Source: Camelus ferus (taxonomy: Eukaryota). Taken from it: a stretch of DNA of 64,000 nt. The stretch spans positions 58,838,001 through 58,902,000 of the forward strand of contig NC_045701.1 in assembly GCF_009834535.1 (NCBI RefSeq), read 5' to 3'. The translations under genes and the position numbers were made by a program. Below the pieces are notes generated by a model, which was not told the DNA's origin, ran no database searches, and saw nothing but the letters and a program-made list of their open reading frames with translations. Positions 12,726 through 25,334 of the stretch are shown piece by piece; positions within the stretch are counted from its first letter, which is position 1; each line of letters opens with the position of its first letter.

Positions 12726-13574
12726 AAAGGATCAGATGTGTTAAGGTCATAAATGAACTCAATATGAATTATTGTAATCCATGAATAACTCCTTCACATT
12801 CTATGGGAGTCATTTGAATTCTCTGAACATTTCTCCCCATCATTGTTTGGAATAACACAAGCTTTTGGCTTCCACAGAAGAAAGAGTCTGAACTTCTTAT
12901 TCCATGTAACAACCAATAACTAAACATGAAATAAATCTTCATCACCACCACTCTGCATCATTTTCTGAGCAACTTCTCTAAGTATGTGGCAGTGATATAT
13001 ATGTGAGAGCATGTGACAGTGATATATAACTATCGGGGAAAGCCCCCTGCCCAGTAACCACCGTGGGTTCCCTACTTCAAATGGGCTATTTGTATCTGTA
13101 ATGCAAACTACGGTGCCATTTGAAAATGAACACTGGAAAGCATTAAAGTGGGAACCAGTGGATTCTGATTCAGAAAAGTCTGTGCAACATCCGGCAGTCT
13201 TCTCTCCTGTCAGGCTGTAGAGAGACCTTTCTTTCTTTCTTGAGCTGTTCAAAAGTCCATTGTGCAACCAGTAACCAGAACCTACTATTTAGGAAGAAGA
13301 ATAACCCACAGACGTTTTTCAGCATAGTAAAAATGGTGGCTACCTACGTGGGACAATAATAAAGATACACCAAAAGGTCTAAATGCTGCCAACTATCCGC
13401 CCATTATCAGAGCCATTTCTTTGGTTTAAGACGTTAGGTCTACCTCCTCCTTATGTCGGAGTAGAGGCACTGGAGTCATATTAAAGATAAAATTCTGACT
13501 TTTCATTACTTTTGCCTAGTGCCATCCCTGTTAGCATGACTGAGGAGCGGTGTTTTATAGCCATGAGGATCACA

Positions 13575-13790
13575 AGATTTGGAAGTGTGTATCTCTTAAT
13601 TCAAATCTAGCTCTTCTGCTGACCAGTTGTGTGACACTGGACAAGTTACACATCAGATTTCTGAAATTCAATCACCTTAAAATAAGGATAAGAAAACCAC
13701 TTCTAAAGTAATAAGGATTTTGTGTAAGAGCCTAACATAGTATATGGCTCACAGTAAATGGAAGTGTACTATTATTATCGTTATGATTAT
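13575..13790 (+). mobile_element. MIR SINE
   Basis: ttcaaatctagctct...tgtgtgacactggacaagttac...tgtgtaagagcctaacatagtatatggctcacagtaaatg. Confidence 0.65.
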
Positions 13791-14290
13791 TGTTTTTGCT
13801 GCTGCAGTTGTTAGTGTTACTATTACAAATAATAATGGCTCAGCTTTGAGAGGGGCATTAACTCGTCATGGCCACCACATCTCAGGTGAAGAGACGATGC
13901 ATTAAATATTGAGCCAAAAAAAAAAAAAAAAGGAAATATGTTCCCCATTCTAAGGATAGGATGTCATCTATTACTATCCATGATAAAACAGCGCATCACA
14001 ATGAATCTCTGGAATAAAGGGCATAATATCCACTTTCCCAGGACAAGAGGTCACTAAAAATCATGACTCATCCTCCTGTTAGGATGGATCATTTATCATT
14101 AATTTATATCTGCTAAAATCATAGGACAAAAATTCATTAAACAGCTCAAGCGATATCATAAAGGACCCATTTCAAGATTACCAACTAAATGCTCACTTGA
14201 CTGAATGTTCTTTAAAATGTGTCACATCTACTGGGTAAACCTTTTCTTATGCTATGAAGGCAAACCAGATTTTAGCCTTTTAAAGTTTAC

Positions 14291-14775
14291 GTTAGTTTCT
14301 TCTTACTGCTATAACAAATTACCACAAACTTAGTGGCTTAAACAACATAAATTTATCACCTTACAGTTACAGAAGTTAAAGTCCTAAAATTAAGATGTCA
14401 GCAGGGACAGGTTCTTTCTGGAGGTTCTAGGAAAGAATCAGTTTCCTTGCCTTTTTTTACCTTTTAGGCATAGTTGCCTACATTCCTCAGCTCATGGCCC
14501 CGTACTCCATCTTCATAGCTAGATGTGTAGCATCTTCCAACCTCTCTCTCTGATTATGGCCCCACTTCCATCACATCTCCTTCTCTAACTCTGATCCTCT
14601 TGCCTTTCTCTTATCAGGACCTCTGTGATTACACTGGGCCCACCTGGATAATCTCTCCATTTTAATATCCTTAACTTAATCACATCTGAAAGTGCCTTTT
14701 GCCATACAAAGTACCATATTTCAGGTTTCCAGAATTAGGGCACGGATAACTTTGGTTGGGGCATTATTCTGTCTT
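14291..14775 (-). mobile_element. MLT1C/D-like solo LTR
   Basis: ttactgctataacaaattaccacaaacttagtggcttaaacaac...gtgattacactgggcccacctggataatctc...ggggcattattctg. Confidence 0.9.
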
Positions 14776-15654
14776 AAATAGGGTTGAAATTAATAAATTT
14801 GCAGATAAAAATTTCAAATACTGACGACTTAAAAAGTCAATCAAACAAAATGATAACAGCAAAGGATTCTTAGCTCCCCAGTAACAGCCACTGACTTGCC
14901 AGGGTCACTTGAAAAACAATTCCCAGACTTTCAGGCAGTTGACGTGTTTGAATTTTCTGAAAATGTAATAATTCACTTCTTTCCAATGAGGTCAAGTGAA
15001 TTATGACTTGACTGCTTAAACAAATACACTATGACTCTAAATATATAATTTGCTTTATACAACTTAGGGTATTACCTCATGATTGGAGATGACAGAAAAA
15101 GATTAAAAATTATTTCAAAATGGCCCTCATAGAAGAGGCCAAGGACAAAACCAAAATGCCCAGACAGACCCAAGGAACAGAAGCTCAGCAAATACCTTCT
15201 TATGTCCTTGAGCTTCCTTCCACGGCCTTCTTGGACACAGCAGGCAGGATTGGCATGCATCAGTGATGAGACCAGAGGTACAGAGGGAGGAACAAGGGCA
15301 GGATATGAGGGCTCCAAGCCCACCTGAGCTGGTCAAGTCTTTTGGGAAACACACAGGATGAAAGAGTTTTGACTTTCTGTCAAGAGCTTAGTTGCCAGAC
15401 TCAAACCACTTGGATTCAAATCCTGTCTTGTACAGATTATAAAATGTTTTCTGTAGTTTCACTTTTATTTTAAAAAGTGTTTTTGATTTACAATGTTATA
15501 TTAGTTTCTGATATTTATAAGACGTTTAAACTTGAGCAAGTTATTTAACAACAACAACAACAAAAAAGCCTGTGGAATGAGAATAAGTTGGTGACCCACA
15601 CTCATCAGATTTTACTCATCATAATAACCATAAAGAAAGGAATTCTGTTTCTTT

Positions 15655-16740
15655 CTAAGAAAGCTTTGCATGAACATCGCTCCCATTCTAACACTGAGAA
15701 GAATGTGGATAATCTACAAAATCATCAATTTCCTCAAGGCCATCTGAGAGCATAGGTTATAAGTCAATAAATTGAGCTGCATTTCAGAGGGGGAAAAGTC
15801 TTCTGCAAGGAGATACAGGACACACAAACTCTTCCACCTTTGACAGGGCACTGGAGGAAGAGATGGCCACCATAAAAGAATAAATCGGCTAGAGTTTTAA
15901 CAAATTTGTAGAGGCTGCATGTAGGCTAGGATTTAAGTTTAGAATAACTAGGAGTCCCAGACACGCAGGGAGTTAACATTCTTCTCCACGGACCCCCAAA
16001 GGGCGCTCACAAGAAAGACTTGAAAAGGGCAGGAGACCATGAAAGAAAGTCCCACTTGCTGGCACAGATTTGCAGGTGGTGACTGGCTGTTGGTGGGGGG
16101 AAGACATGTAATACCAACCACTTCAACACTCTTCTCGCCTACAAAGCACTTATACCACCTTATACCACTGGGGAAGGGGATAAGCAAACTTCCCACTGCC
16201 AGGACTCCAGAAAAACTACTGCTTCTTGGAGAAAGGTAGAAAGAAGAGCCCTCTACCCCTGGGAGAAGGGCAGGAAAATCTTTGGGGACCAGGATCCTGC
16301 ACCAAGACAAAGCAGAGGTCTGTTGTCATGGGCAGGGGTGGGGGGTGGCTGAGGGAGAGGATTCTGTACTTTCCAAGAGCTACCCGAGATACAAGGCAGA
16401 GTTTGACAGCCTGAGGGGGACAGGGACAAGAACACTGAGAATGCCTTCTGTTCCTCTATGCAGAGAGGACCTGCTTAAAGTTAAAGCTGCACTAGGAGAA
16501 TTCCTACCTCCACTACCACAATTCTTACACCAAGTAATAAGCAAAAGAAGTCTAATGGTGGGGGAGAAGTGAAAGCAGAGAGAGACAGAGGCTCCCTCTT
16601 TGGAGCAGTTGTGCTGGGTCTGCTGCAAGCTGAGAGTGAAGCAGGAAAACTGAGAAAAACGCTTTGGCACGAATGACCACAGTAAGCACAAGGTAACAGC
16701 AGCCCACGGTGAGAGGAATTTGAAGCCTATGAGATGACTT
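15655..16740 (+). mobile_element. L1MDa-like 5' UTR region
   Basis: tcccattctaacactgagaagaatgtggataatctacaaaatcat...cacctttgacagggcactggaggaagagatggccaccataaaag...cttctccacggacc matches my recall of the L1MDa 5' end. Confidence 0.65.
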
Positions 16741-18299
16741 TTCCGTGAACCCCAAACTACCCTAAAATAATGTTTAAATAAGTAAGTAATCATAAGTAAA
16801 TAAATACACAAATACATAAATCCCTCAATGTAAAAGTAAATACAGACAACAAAGCACAGAATACTGGGGCCTCAGATTTCTGAATCTCCAAGTCAAGAGG
16901 CCCAAAACACCTACCTGCTTACTGCCCCATGTGCTACTGACTACTGTTTCACCCTCAGGTCACAGGTAGTGCATGCAGCTCAGGAAAGGAGAGTGCTGTT
17001 TAGAATGAAAAGCAAAGTATAATGTATCCAGGCAGAAAGAGCCGAAGACAGATATAAATGGGTCACATTAATACTATTCTCACTTGTCTGAGGCAGTTAG
17101 TGGTGCTGGTTGCCCAGGTCATAAAATGCAATGGGATCTTGATTCCTCTGAATTATATATGGGACCAGATCCCACAAAGAAGGCTGCTTTTTAACTTGAA
17201 TGTTTCAGGCCAGAGTAGATTTGGGTGGCCTGATTTATCTGGATAGTTGCCCTAATTCTTTGCTTTGACTGTGGAGACCTGGCCTTTGAGGGAAATAGGC
17301 CATTCATTCCCTGAGATACACATTCTCTTCCTGGAGTATGAAAACTTACTGAAAGATTTAGAAACTTTTCACCTATGGATTGAATTATGAGCTCGTAAAG
17401 TGATTTACTCCATGGAAAGTCCTTGAGAGTAGAGACAGGTCATGCACAGCCCAGTGACTTGTACAGAACTGACTCTCCATTTCCCTTCCACAGGCAGCAG
17501 GTGCACTGCCAGAATCACAGCTCTGGGGTACTCTGATTACAGGTGTCCTCTCTTCGGCTGTTTTTAGACAGATGAGAATACAGGCATCCTGTGCTCGTGA
17601 TTTCACTTAGATAGACAGCTATTTTCTGCCCGGCCTGTGTGTTTATCCCAGAGTAAATGACATGTTATCTTGATCAGTTTCACCAAGGGGACGGTGGGCT
17701 ACTGTGTAGGTTCTTTTTTTAAGCAGTGAAAGCTGAGAGAATTAAATGTCACCTGTAAATTCCCAATTCTATTTCTCCTCTTTGTAAAAGTGATCTATCT
17801 TAGCAAGATGGTGACATCATTCTGGATAAAGAAAAAAGATTTGTTTTAAAAGGATTGAAATTAGTTGCCATATTGGCAGCGAGATTTTGGTTTAGATTAT
17901 GGTCAGATGCTGCGAGGGCAAAACCTATAAATCTTCCCCAGGGATGAAATTCTTGGACAATTTAGAAGCCTCCTTCTTTGCTGTGGCTGCTTGGATATTG
18001 GAAATGGCAACTAAAGGAAATCTTAAGTGCTAAATGTATAAATTCTAAATGCATTATTGAACTCTAAATGCTTGTTTCATCTGAAATTACATATAAACAT
18101 TAAACGTAAAGAGTGTGTATTAACAACCAGAATTTGGATCGCATTGTCTAACAGTCACTGAAGCAAATGCAAACTCAGATGCTCTAACAGCTCAGATTCA
18201 GACAGATTTAAATTCAGATAGATTTAAATCATGTGCCCTGATGTAAAATGACATGCAGAAAGTCATATTCCATTCTCCTGTGGACTAGGGCCACAATTT

Positions 18300-18425
18300 G
18301 TCTAGCACCATGCAGATTACGATTCAGAAGGTCTTTGGCTTGGCCCAAAATTTGGTATTTCAAACAGTCTCCCAAGAGATGCTAATGTTGCTAGAACATG
18401 GTCCACATTTTGACTAGCAGTGTTC
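18300..18425 (+). mobile_element. MER5A-like hAT MITE fragment
   Basis: gattcagaaggtct...ctcccaagagatgctaatgttgct...ccacattttgactagcagtg. Confidence 0.6.
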
Positions 18426-18989
18426 TAACCACTGCCTCTGAAAAAGTCACAATTCTGTTTATCAAGGTTTTAATTAATCAGTCCTCTAACTTTTCCTGAC
18501 TTTATCTTTTATTAGTAAATGAATAGAACCAAGGAGAAAAAGTGGCTTTTTTTTTTTTTTTTTTGCAGATTTCATTCAACATTAGTAACTTTGCCAGTTG
18601 CTCCAAAAACTTCATTTGCCCATGATATGCTACATCCAGACGTCATTTCCCAAATTGCTTTCCTTGGAACACAAGTGAGTTGTGAGGTGTTTCCATACAC
18701 AAACACACCTGGGGAATGCTGCATAAGATACAATAGCATGTTAATGGGCCTCCAGAGTTTGCTAAAAACTGTCTAGTCCAAATATATTTGATTATGGGAT
18801 ACTTTTTTTCATGTGTTATCCATGAATTACTGAGACATTCATTAGAAAAGTGTGAGAAGAACTGAAAATGGTGGGATTTTCCCTAATGTCTAAGTATAGA
18901 TATTAGATATACTTATATATCTATATTTAAGATATATTATCACAATCTATCTTCAGATTATGTTATATTCTCTTCATGTGTAGTGTCAT

Positions 18990-19225
18990 CTATTCAAAGT
19001 TACTTTCCACAGGGAGGGCTTCCTTGACCACCCCATCTGAAACAGCACCCCCAAGTCCTGGTATCTATCTATTCTGGTCATTTTTCTTTTTGATACTAAC
19101 ACACTCTGACACTGTTTAATGTACTACCCCACCCCCATTAGCACGTAAACTCCGTAACAGCAAGGACTTTTCTTTCTTCACTACTCTATCTCAAAATTCC
19201 AAAATAGTTTCTGGCACATGGGCTC
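18990..19225 (+). mobile_element. L2 3' fragment
   Basis: gggagggcttccttgaccaccccatctgaa...gtaaactccgtaacagcaaggact...aatagtttctggcacat. Confidence 0.65.
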
Positions 19226-22079
19226 ACAGGCTTAAGCAAGGTAGGAGAAGAGAGGGAGGTTCCCAGCATGGAGCGCCTAAGAACCCAGCTATGTGTGACC
19301 AGGTCTCTCCTTAAACAGTCTAATTGGGACTTAACCATGGCTGCCCACCTGTCTCCCCATAAGGCCCTGATTTATAGCAAAGGATGAAACCTTAGGACCA
19401 CATAACAGCTTAGAACCAAACACTGATGTTCAAACTAACCACACCCATAAATGAGTGTTTTCTTAGAAGGCTTACACAGTGTCACAGGCTTTGTCATAAA
19501 CCTTGACTATGACAGAAACAAAAGTTTGTCCTAAAAATATTGTCCAAAATGTTTCTTCCATGAAAGTCTTTATTCTTTATCAGTTAGGTTTCCAAGATGA
19601 TACTTCCAGATTTTTTAAATTAAAGGAGATATTATGAATTCTACATTATCAGGTACTTTCCCAAATGATATCAAAGAAGATCCAGAAAGGAAACAGCACA
19701 AAACAAAGAATGCATAAGGCCTTTCATTTCATTGATTGAATTCAATCCTATTTGAGAGTCTTTCATAAAATTAAGATCAGAGGATGTCTGCTAAGGGTGA
19801 TATGAATGGCAGACATAAATAATTTTATATGTTTGATTTAATAAAATTATAAATCATAGCCCATAAAATTATATTTCTTTCTCTTCTCATTACCATGTAT
19901 CTCTCTCCTTAAAGTTGATCTGTGGAGATACTAATTTTATTTTTTAGAAGTCTGACTATAACCAGCAGAAAAAATTAAATTAACATAACCTGCATGTATT
20001 TTTATATTTTACCTTTTAAAACTAATTTTTTAAATGGGATTATTTATCTCAGATTTGGCTGAGGCCCCAAAAGGCTGAGAACAAAATAGGTGGCTAGTAC
20101 TCCCATATTCCAAATGAAAGGGAAAACCAACTTCGTAATTCATTCAACGTGATAAAAATATTAAAATTGGAAAGGCTGAGAGAGTTAGCCACTGAAAGGA
20201 GTATTCCAATGAAGGTGTGATTTTCAGTCAAATGAGAGGGTCTTCCAGGAGAATATATCCCAGGTTGGTACCTGTTCTACTGCCTGAAGCACTGTGGGCT
20301 GGTGGTCAGTGAGGAGGCACATGGCTGCAGAGTGCAGAGTTAAGTTTGGGAAGTAAATGTATTCTATCGTCTATGGCCAAAGGAAAGGTGACCCAGGTTG
20401 TCCTGGATTCAGCCCCAGAGGTCAGCCTAGAACCGTTAGGAGACTTTGGCAAAATGAAGCAAGAATTGGCCCTGAGGATGTGAAAATCCACTAGAGATGC
20501 AAAGGAACTGTGGTTGACAGATCTTCAGGGAGCTACAAAGAATCCTCACCCCATAAAAGGTTTAATCACCTGCCACACTCAGAGGAAGTCAACAGGCTTT
20601 CACATCAGTGCCCTTCAAATGAAATCTTTCCTGACCCTTCCTCTCTCCAGCCCCACTTTTACCCTGGAGCTGACATTTTGTTTTCCCAGTGACCAGACAA
20701 GTTATGGAATCACTCTAGCATTCATCCAAAAAAAAGCAAGGAAGAGCCAATTCCACAAAGCAGTCTGGAAAGGGGTAAGGAGGGAAGAATAAAGTTTTTG
20801 TCTGAAACCTCTGAGCCCTGCTCCTTCAATATATGCTAAAGTTCTTTATTAACTGATTATTACTTCTAATAAATAAAAGCGTGTTTTCATCTCTATAAGC
20901 ATGTTGGAATTTCCCAATATTTTACACCAGGGAGTCAGATTTGGCAAATACTTTGTTATACTGATATCACTGAGCCAAAGCAAAAGACCATAATTAAGCA
21001 AATTAATGGCTTAGTTGGGGTACAAGGGTAAACAGGAACCTAATTAATGAATTTGCTAATTGTCTTTCCTTGTGGTGAGCATCAGTAGTCAGGACTTAGC
21101 TTTAGCACATCTAGTGGACAGGAAAGAACAGTTTCATGGCTGCCTGGCAGTTTGGCGGGAAGTTTTCCTGTGAAGATCTCCCTACCTTGAACCCACCCCA
21201 CAGAGCAGCTAGACTAAGGCCGAGGACTGGCTCAGTGCAGAGGGCACAGCAGAGCCCCCCAGATGCCCCTAAGAATGTAGTAAGAGCATATCAGGCTGAT
21301 TTTCATGCTTTTTTTTTTTTTTTTTTAATATTGAAAGAGAGTGGTCTCTGTCAAAAGATTTTGAAGGGAAACCTGAAATAGAAATTCATTCCCTCTCAAA
21401 GATTTTTAAAAAAATTTCCAGCTGCCTTCACTTATGCTTCAACAAATATTTACTGAGTACCCACGATGTTCCCAGCCCTGTGCTAGCTGCCAGAGAAAAA
21501 AAGATTAATGTTGGGAGACACTTCTCCATGGGTTTCTTCATATTTCCTCATGTCTTAAGATGCAGTATTGACGTTCTGTTAACAATCCTTTCAAGAAAGT
21601 TTGTACAGCAAACAGCCTTGGAAGATAGGGAGCATCTCCCTCCCAGGCAGGGGCAGATGTGTTTCCCATCCAGGATGTGCTATCTCCCTCGAGGGGGCAA
21701 AAGTGGGGCAGGTTTGCTGGTGGTTCCATAGAAGACTGGAGGATTTCCTCAGCGCACGATTCCTGGGCTGTGACACAAACCCATGGTCTGTATGGCATCC
21801 AGGCATCTACCTGGGCTGATGCGCACTGCCCCTGGTGGGAACTGGGGACAGGGGAACTGATGCAAACATGAAGTGCTTGCTGCCTGCAGTGCTGTGAGGA
21901 AAAAAGTCCTCTGTCCCTGACCCCGGATTCCCCAGGGCTCTGACGGCCTCCATGAACCTGTGGCAGGCTAACTTGTTAGCCTACAAGCAGGCTAAAGTCT
22001 CCAACGCCTCACAGTTCTTGACATTCAGTTCCTCACATCAAGGAGCATGTGTTCTCTGGGAGAAGTAACAACGACAAAC

Positions 22080-22427
22080 ATTTTCTAAAATACTGTGTAC
22101 ATGGAGCATTAGACATATGCTCCAGGTGTCACGGGTACACTGCAAAATCAGGGGGGAGGGACAGTCAGGAAGGGTTTCTGGGAGGTGACCACACCTGAAG
22201 CAGAATCTTCAGGTACTCCTAGGAGTCAGCCAGGTAAAGAAGAGGACAAGCATAAGCAAAGATGAGGCAGCAAAACATGGTGTATGCAGAGAAATAAATG
22301 ATTCACTGTTGCTGGAGCATCGAGTGTGAACCTGGGACTGACCCAGACTACAGCTGGAATGGGAGGTAGAGGCCAGAAGATAGAGATCCTCATATTTCTC
22401 CACAGGAGCCTAAATTTTAGTTGTACT
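22080..22427 (-). mobile_element. L2 fragment
   Basis: cagtcaggaagggtttctgggaggtgaccacacctgaagcagaatctt...gttgctggagcatcgagtgtga. Confidence 0.6.
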
Positions 22428-23318
22428 CAGTGGTCCCACAAGAGAGGCACACAAGGCAACTCACCATGGCACTGGAAAAATATATTGGAATATATAAATA
22501 CATGAATTTTATTGAAGACATAATTTAACTTGATTAATATCTAGTATATGGAATGATACTTGATTTGTATTTTTGATGACCCTGTGTCACACAGAATACG
22601 GGGATTCCCCCAAAAAGAGTGCTAAGCTCCTCAATCACTCGTGGGCTTTCGTATGTTGTAACATGACAGTCTATGAGTACTCAGTTAAGAATACGTGCAG
22701 ATTATCTCACCTCATTTTAAATCCTTACAACATGGACAACTGGCTTAAAAAGATTCCAACAAAGAAATCACAGATTGACAATAACCTTAATGAGGCAAAT
22801 ACAAACAAATGACCTGAAAATGGGCTGACATTTCTAGTCCATCTCTTCATCAGCCACATTACAAGCTAAAATCAATGACAGTTTAATCAGATCTGACTAC
22901 AAGAATTCGTTTCCTTGTTAATTGAAATATGGATCTATATCCACCATTGGTAAAGATGAACCTCATTGAAGTGCCTGATAATTCTTGAGATATTAGCTAA
23001 TGTCGATGACAAATCACCAGAATTCTCAAGACATTTAAAAAATGAGCAACCTAAACATGGAGGCAACCGTTACAGTTTTTTCAGTGCTGCTTAATGTTAT
23101 ATATGCACCTCAACCTGGAAAATGTTGTTGGAAGATGCATTAAAAATGTTGCTGCATATTTGAAGAGACGTATATTAGTATAAATTATACATTGTGGGAG
23201 GTTTGTTGCACAGTTGAATGAAAGTACTGGGGTTTCAACATGCCTCAGCTGATGGTATTTGCTAGTAACTGTTTTAAGGATAAAATACACAAAGAGTTAC
23301 TTTCAGTCATGTCTAAAG

Positions 23319-23415
23319 CAGTGATTCTTAACCCAAACTGCACATTAGAATTAACTGGGTACATTTTTTAAAATGCTCGCAGTCAGGTCCCTTCCCAGAC
23401 CAATTAAATCAGAAC
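23319..23415 (+). mobile_element. MER5-like MITE half, nested in the Charlie element
   Basis: cagtgattcttaaccc...tgcacattagaatta preceded by gtctaaag (Charlie-type NTCTAAAN target). Confidence 0.55.
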
Positions 23416-23575
23416 TGCTATAAATACTTCTTTTGTTGGGAAAGAGAAAAGGAAGGTTGCAGCAGTGATAGCATCTCCCTATGAAATCCATTCCTGAGTC
23501 ATTTTCAAGCCAATCATTGCTACAAAGAAGTTAAAGCCAGGACTGCATGAACAGCTACTGGAGGTCATCTATGTA

Positions 23576-24210
23576 CTGTCTGTTATGCTCTAACATAACA
23601 TGCATTCCTAAAAATCATAGCACCACACCATGCAAAATTGCAAAAAACAAACAAACAAGCAAATAAAAAACAAAAAACAAAAAAAACCACCACAGGGCTT
23701 ATGGAATAAATGGAGTAAGAGCACAACTTAAACATTTTGCCAGTGCCAGACTTTTTAAAAAATAGATAAAGATTTAATAAAAACAGAGACAGTGTTACAA
23801 GTGTTAAATGGCTAAGACATACATAAATATATAATAGATTTGGCACTGTCCCTTGAAAAAAGCCTGAAGGTTTGTAGAAATATGTGTTGCAGTTTGTGGG
23901 TTATTGTGAAGTGGTAAAGGAGGGTTATCTGAAATCGGATGGAAAGTTGTAACACCAGATGTGAACAAGTATAACTCATAACAATGTGCTAAACTGGGGC
24001 AGCTGGTAGATATTTGGGCGTGTATATGTAGGGGGGTGGTCTCCATTCAGCTGTTTTCTGCATTCACCCAGGTTCATACAGTGTTTCTTGTGGATGAAAT
24101 TGTGCATAAGCAAACACAAAATTTGTGTTATGCACAAAGCATTCCCTAATATATCAGTTGCATTGGAATGAACTCACATTACCAAATAAGCTTTACAGCA
24201 GAACTGACTA
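23576..24210 (-). mobile_element. Tigger13a-like TcMar element nested in the Charlie element
   Basis: Decayed inverted ends ctgtctgttatgctctaac / tacagcagaactgacta, TA at 23574-75; internal gagggttatctgaaatcggatggaaagttgtaacaccagatgtg. Confidence 0.7.
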
Positions 24211-25334
24211 CTTAAAACTACAAAAACAACACAATGAAATACAGCAAAATCTTTCAGTAACTTGCACAGCATTGCAGATGGACAGTGACCAAGAGAATTT
24301 TTTACATTCCATCAAGGTTTGTAGCTTATCTTGTTGAAAAGAAAATAAAAGAATTATTGAACTTTGAGTTGAGTTATCCATTTTTACTTCACAAAAAAAG
24401 TCAAGTAACCTAAATTTGCTGACCTTTCCTCATATGACAAATGCCTTCTGTGTTATGGCACTAAATAGACACATATACTTTCACTTCATCACAAAGGTGT
24501 CATTTTAACCATGAGGGAAAATAATGGTTTTTCAAGAGAGATGAGCTCTGAAAGGAGCATTTTGAAAATGAATAATTGGCAATGATTCCATTATTAGGTA
24601 ATTTTTTGCTGAAAATGATGATGTGTCTTATATAAAAACTCTTATACTTGCACATATTAAATTGGAAACTGAATTTTCCAATCCATCTAAACATCTTCCA
24701 AATGAGGAGTTTCTGTCAGTGGTTTTGAAACCAATTGTTAAAAATATAAAGAGCATCATTTCCAATTAGTCTGCAGGGAAAGTCATCATGGAAGATTAAG
24801 GTTTACTGGCCAAACTTAATTAAAAAAAACCCCTTGCATTATAGAGGGATGGGATTGAAAAATGAGTATCTAGGTGTAGTAAGTTCAACTAATGATCTAC
24901 TTATTCATTCTGAAAATATGTGTCTTTGTAAGGTATCTTTGTCAGACTTGACAGCCAATAAAACCAAGTACAGAGCTAAACTAATCTTGAAGACAGATCT
25001 TCAGATCATTCCATCAGAAAGTGTTAGGCTTAGATTTTCAAAAAAATTGAAAGCATATTAAATCACAGTCATGTTGCTCAGTATTACGAATAAACAAAAC
25101 ATTTTGTATTATTAATAAAAGCATAAAATATTATTTTAAAATATGTTTTTTGTCTTTAATGTATCCCTTTTCTGTGTCTAATATATCAGTACATATAGAT
25201 AGCTTATAAATAAAAAAATACAAGTTAATATATATAAATATAAGTTCAAAATTTTTCTGATAGACATCATGATCAAAAACTGTTTGAAAAGAAAAAAAGG
25301 TGTTTGAAGATCACTGCTAGAGCTGGTGGGAGAA

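Larger units (their letters stand above)
22428..25316 (+). mobile_element. Decayed hAT-Charlie DNA transposon (Charlie7-like, subfamily uncertain) with transposase remnants
   Basis: Termini cagtggtcccacaa...tttgaagatcactg. Translated remnants: MDNWLKKIPTKK, KYGSISTIGKDEP, VGRCIKNVA...QLNEST...QLMVFA...KIHKELL, ATKKLKPGLHEQLLEVI, QMDSDQENFLHSIKV, MGLKNEY...LCKVSLSDLTANKTKYRAKL (hAT dimerisation domain). Many stops and frameshifts. Confidence 0.85.

Noticed and set aside
15948-16817. 120-145 aa ORFs on both strands
   Set aside because: They fall in the GC-richer L1MD-like 5' UTR, with no recognisable protein.
17945-17958. tgaaattcttggac, matching a short stretch of 18S rRNA
   Set aside because: Only 14 nt and the flanks do not match; expected by chance.
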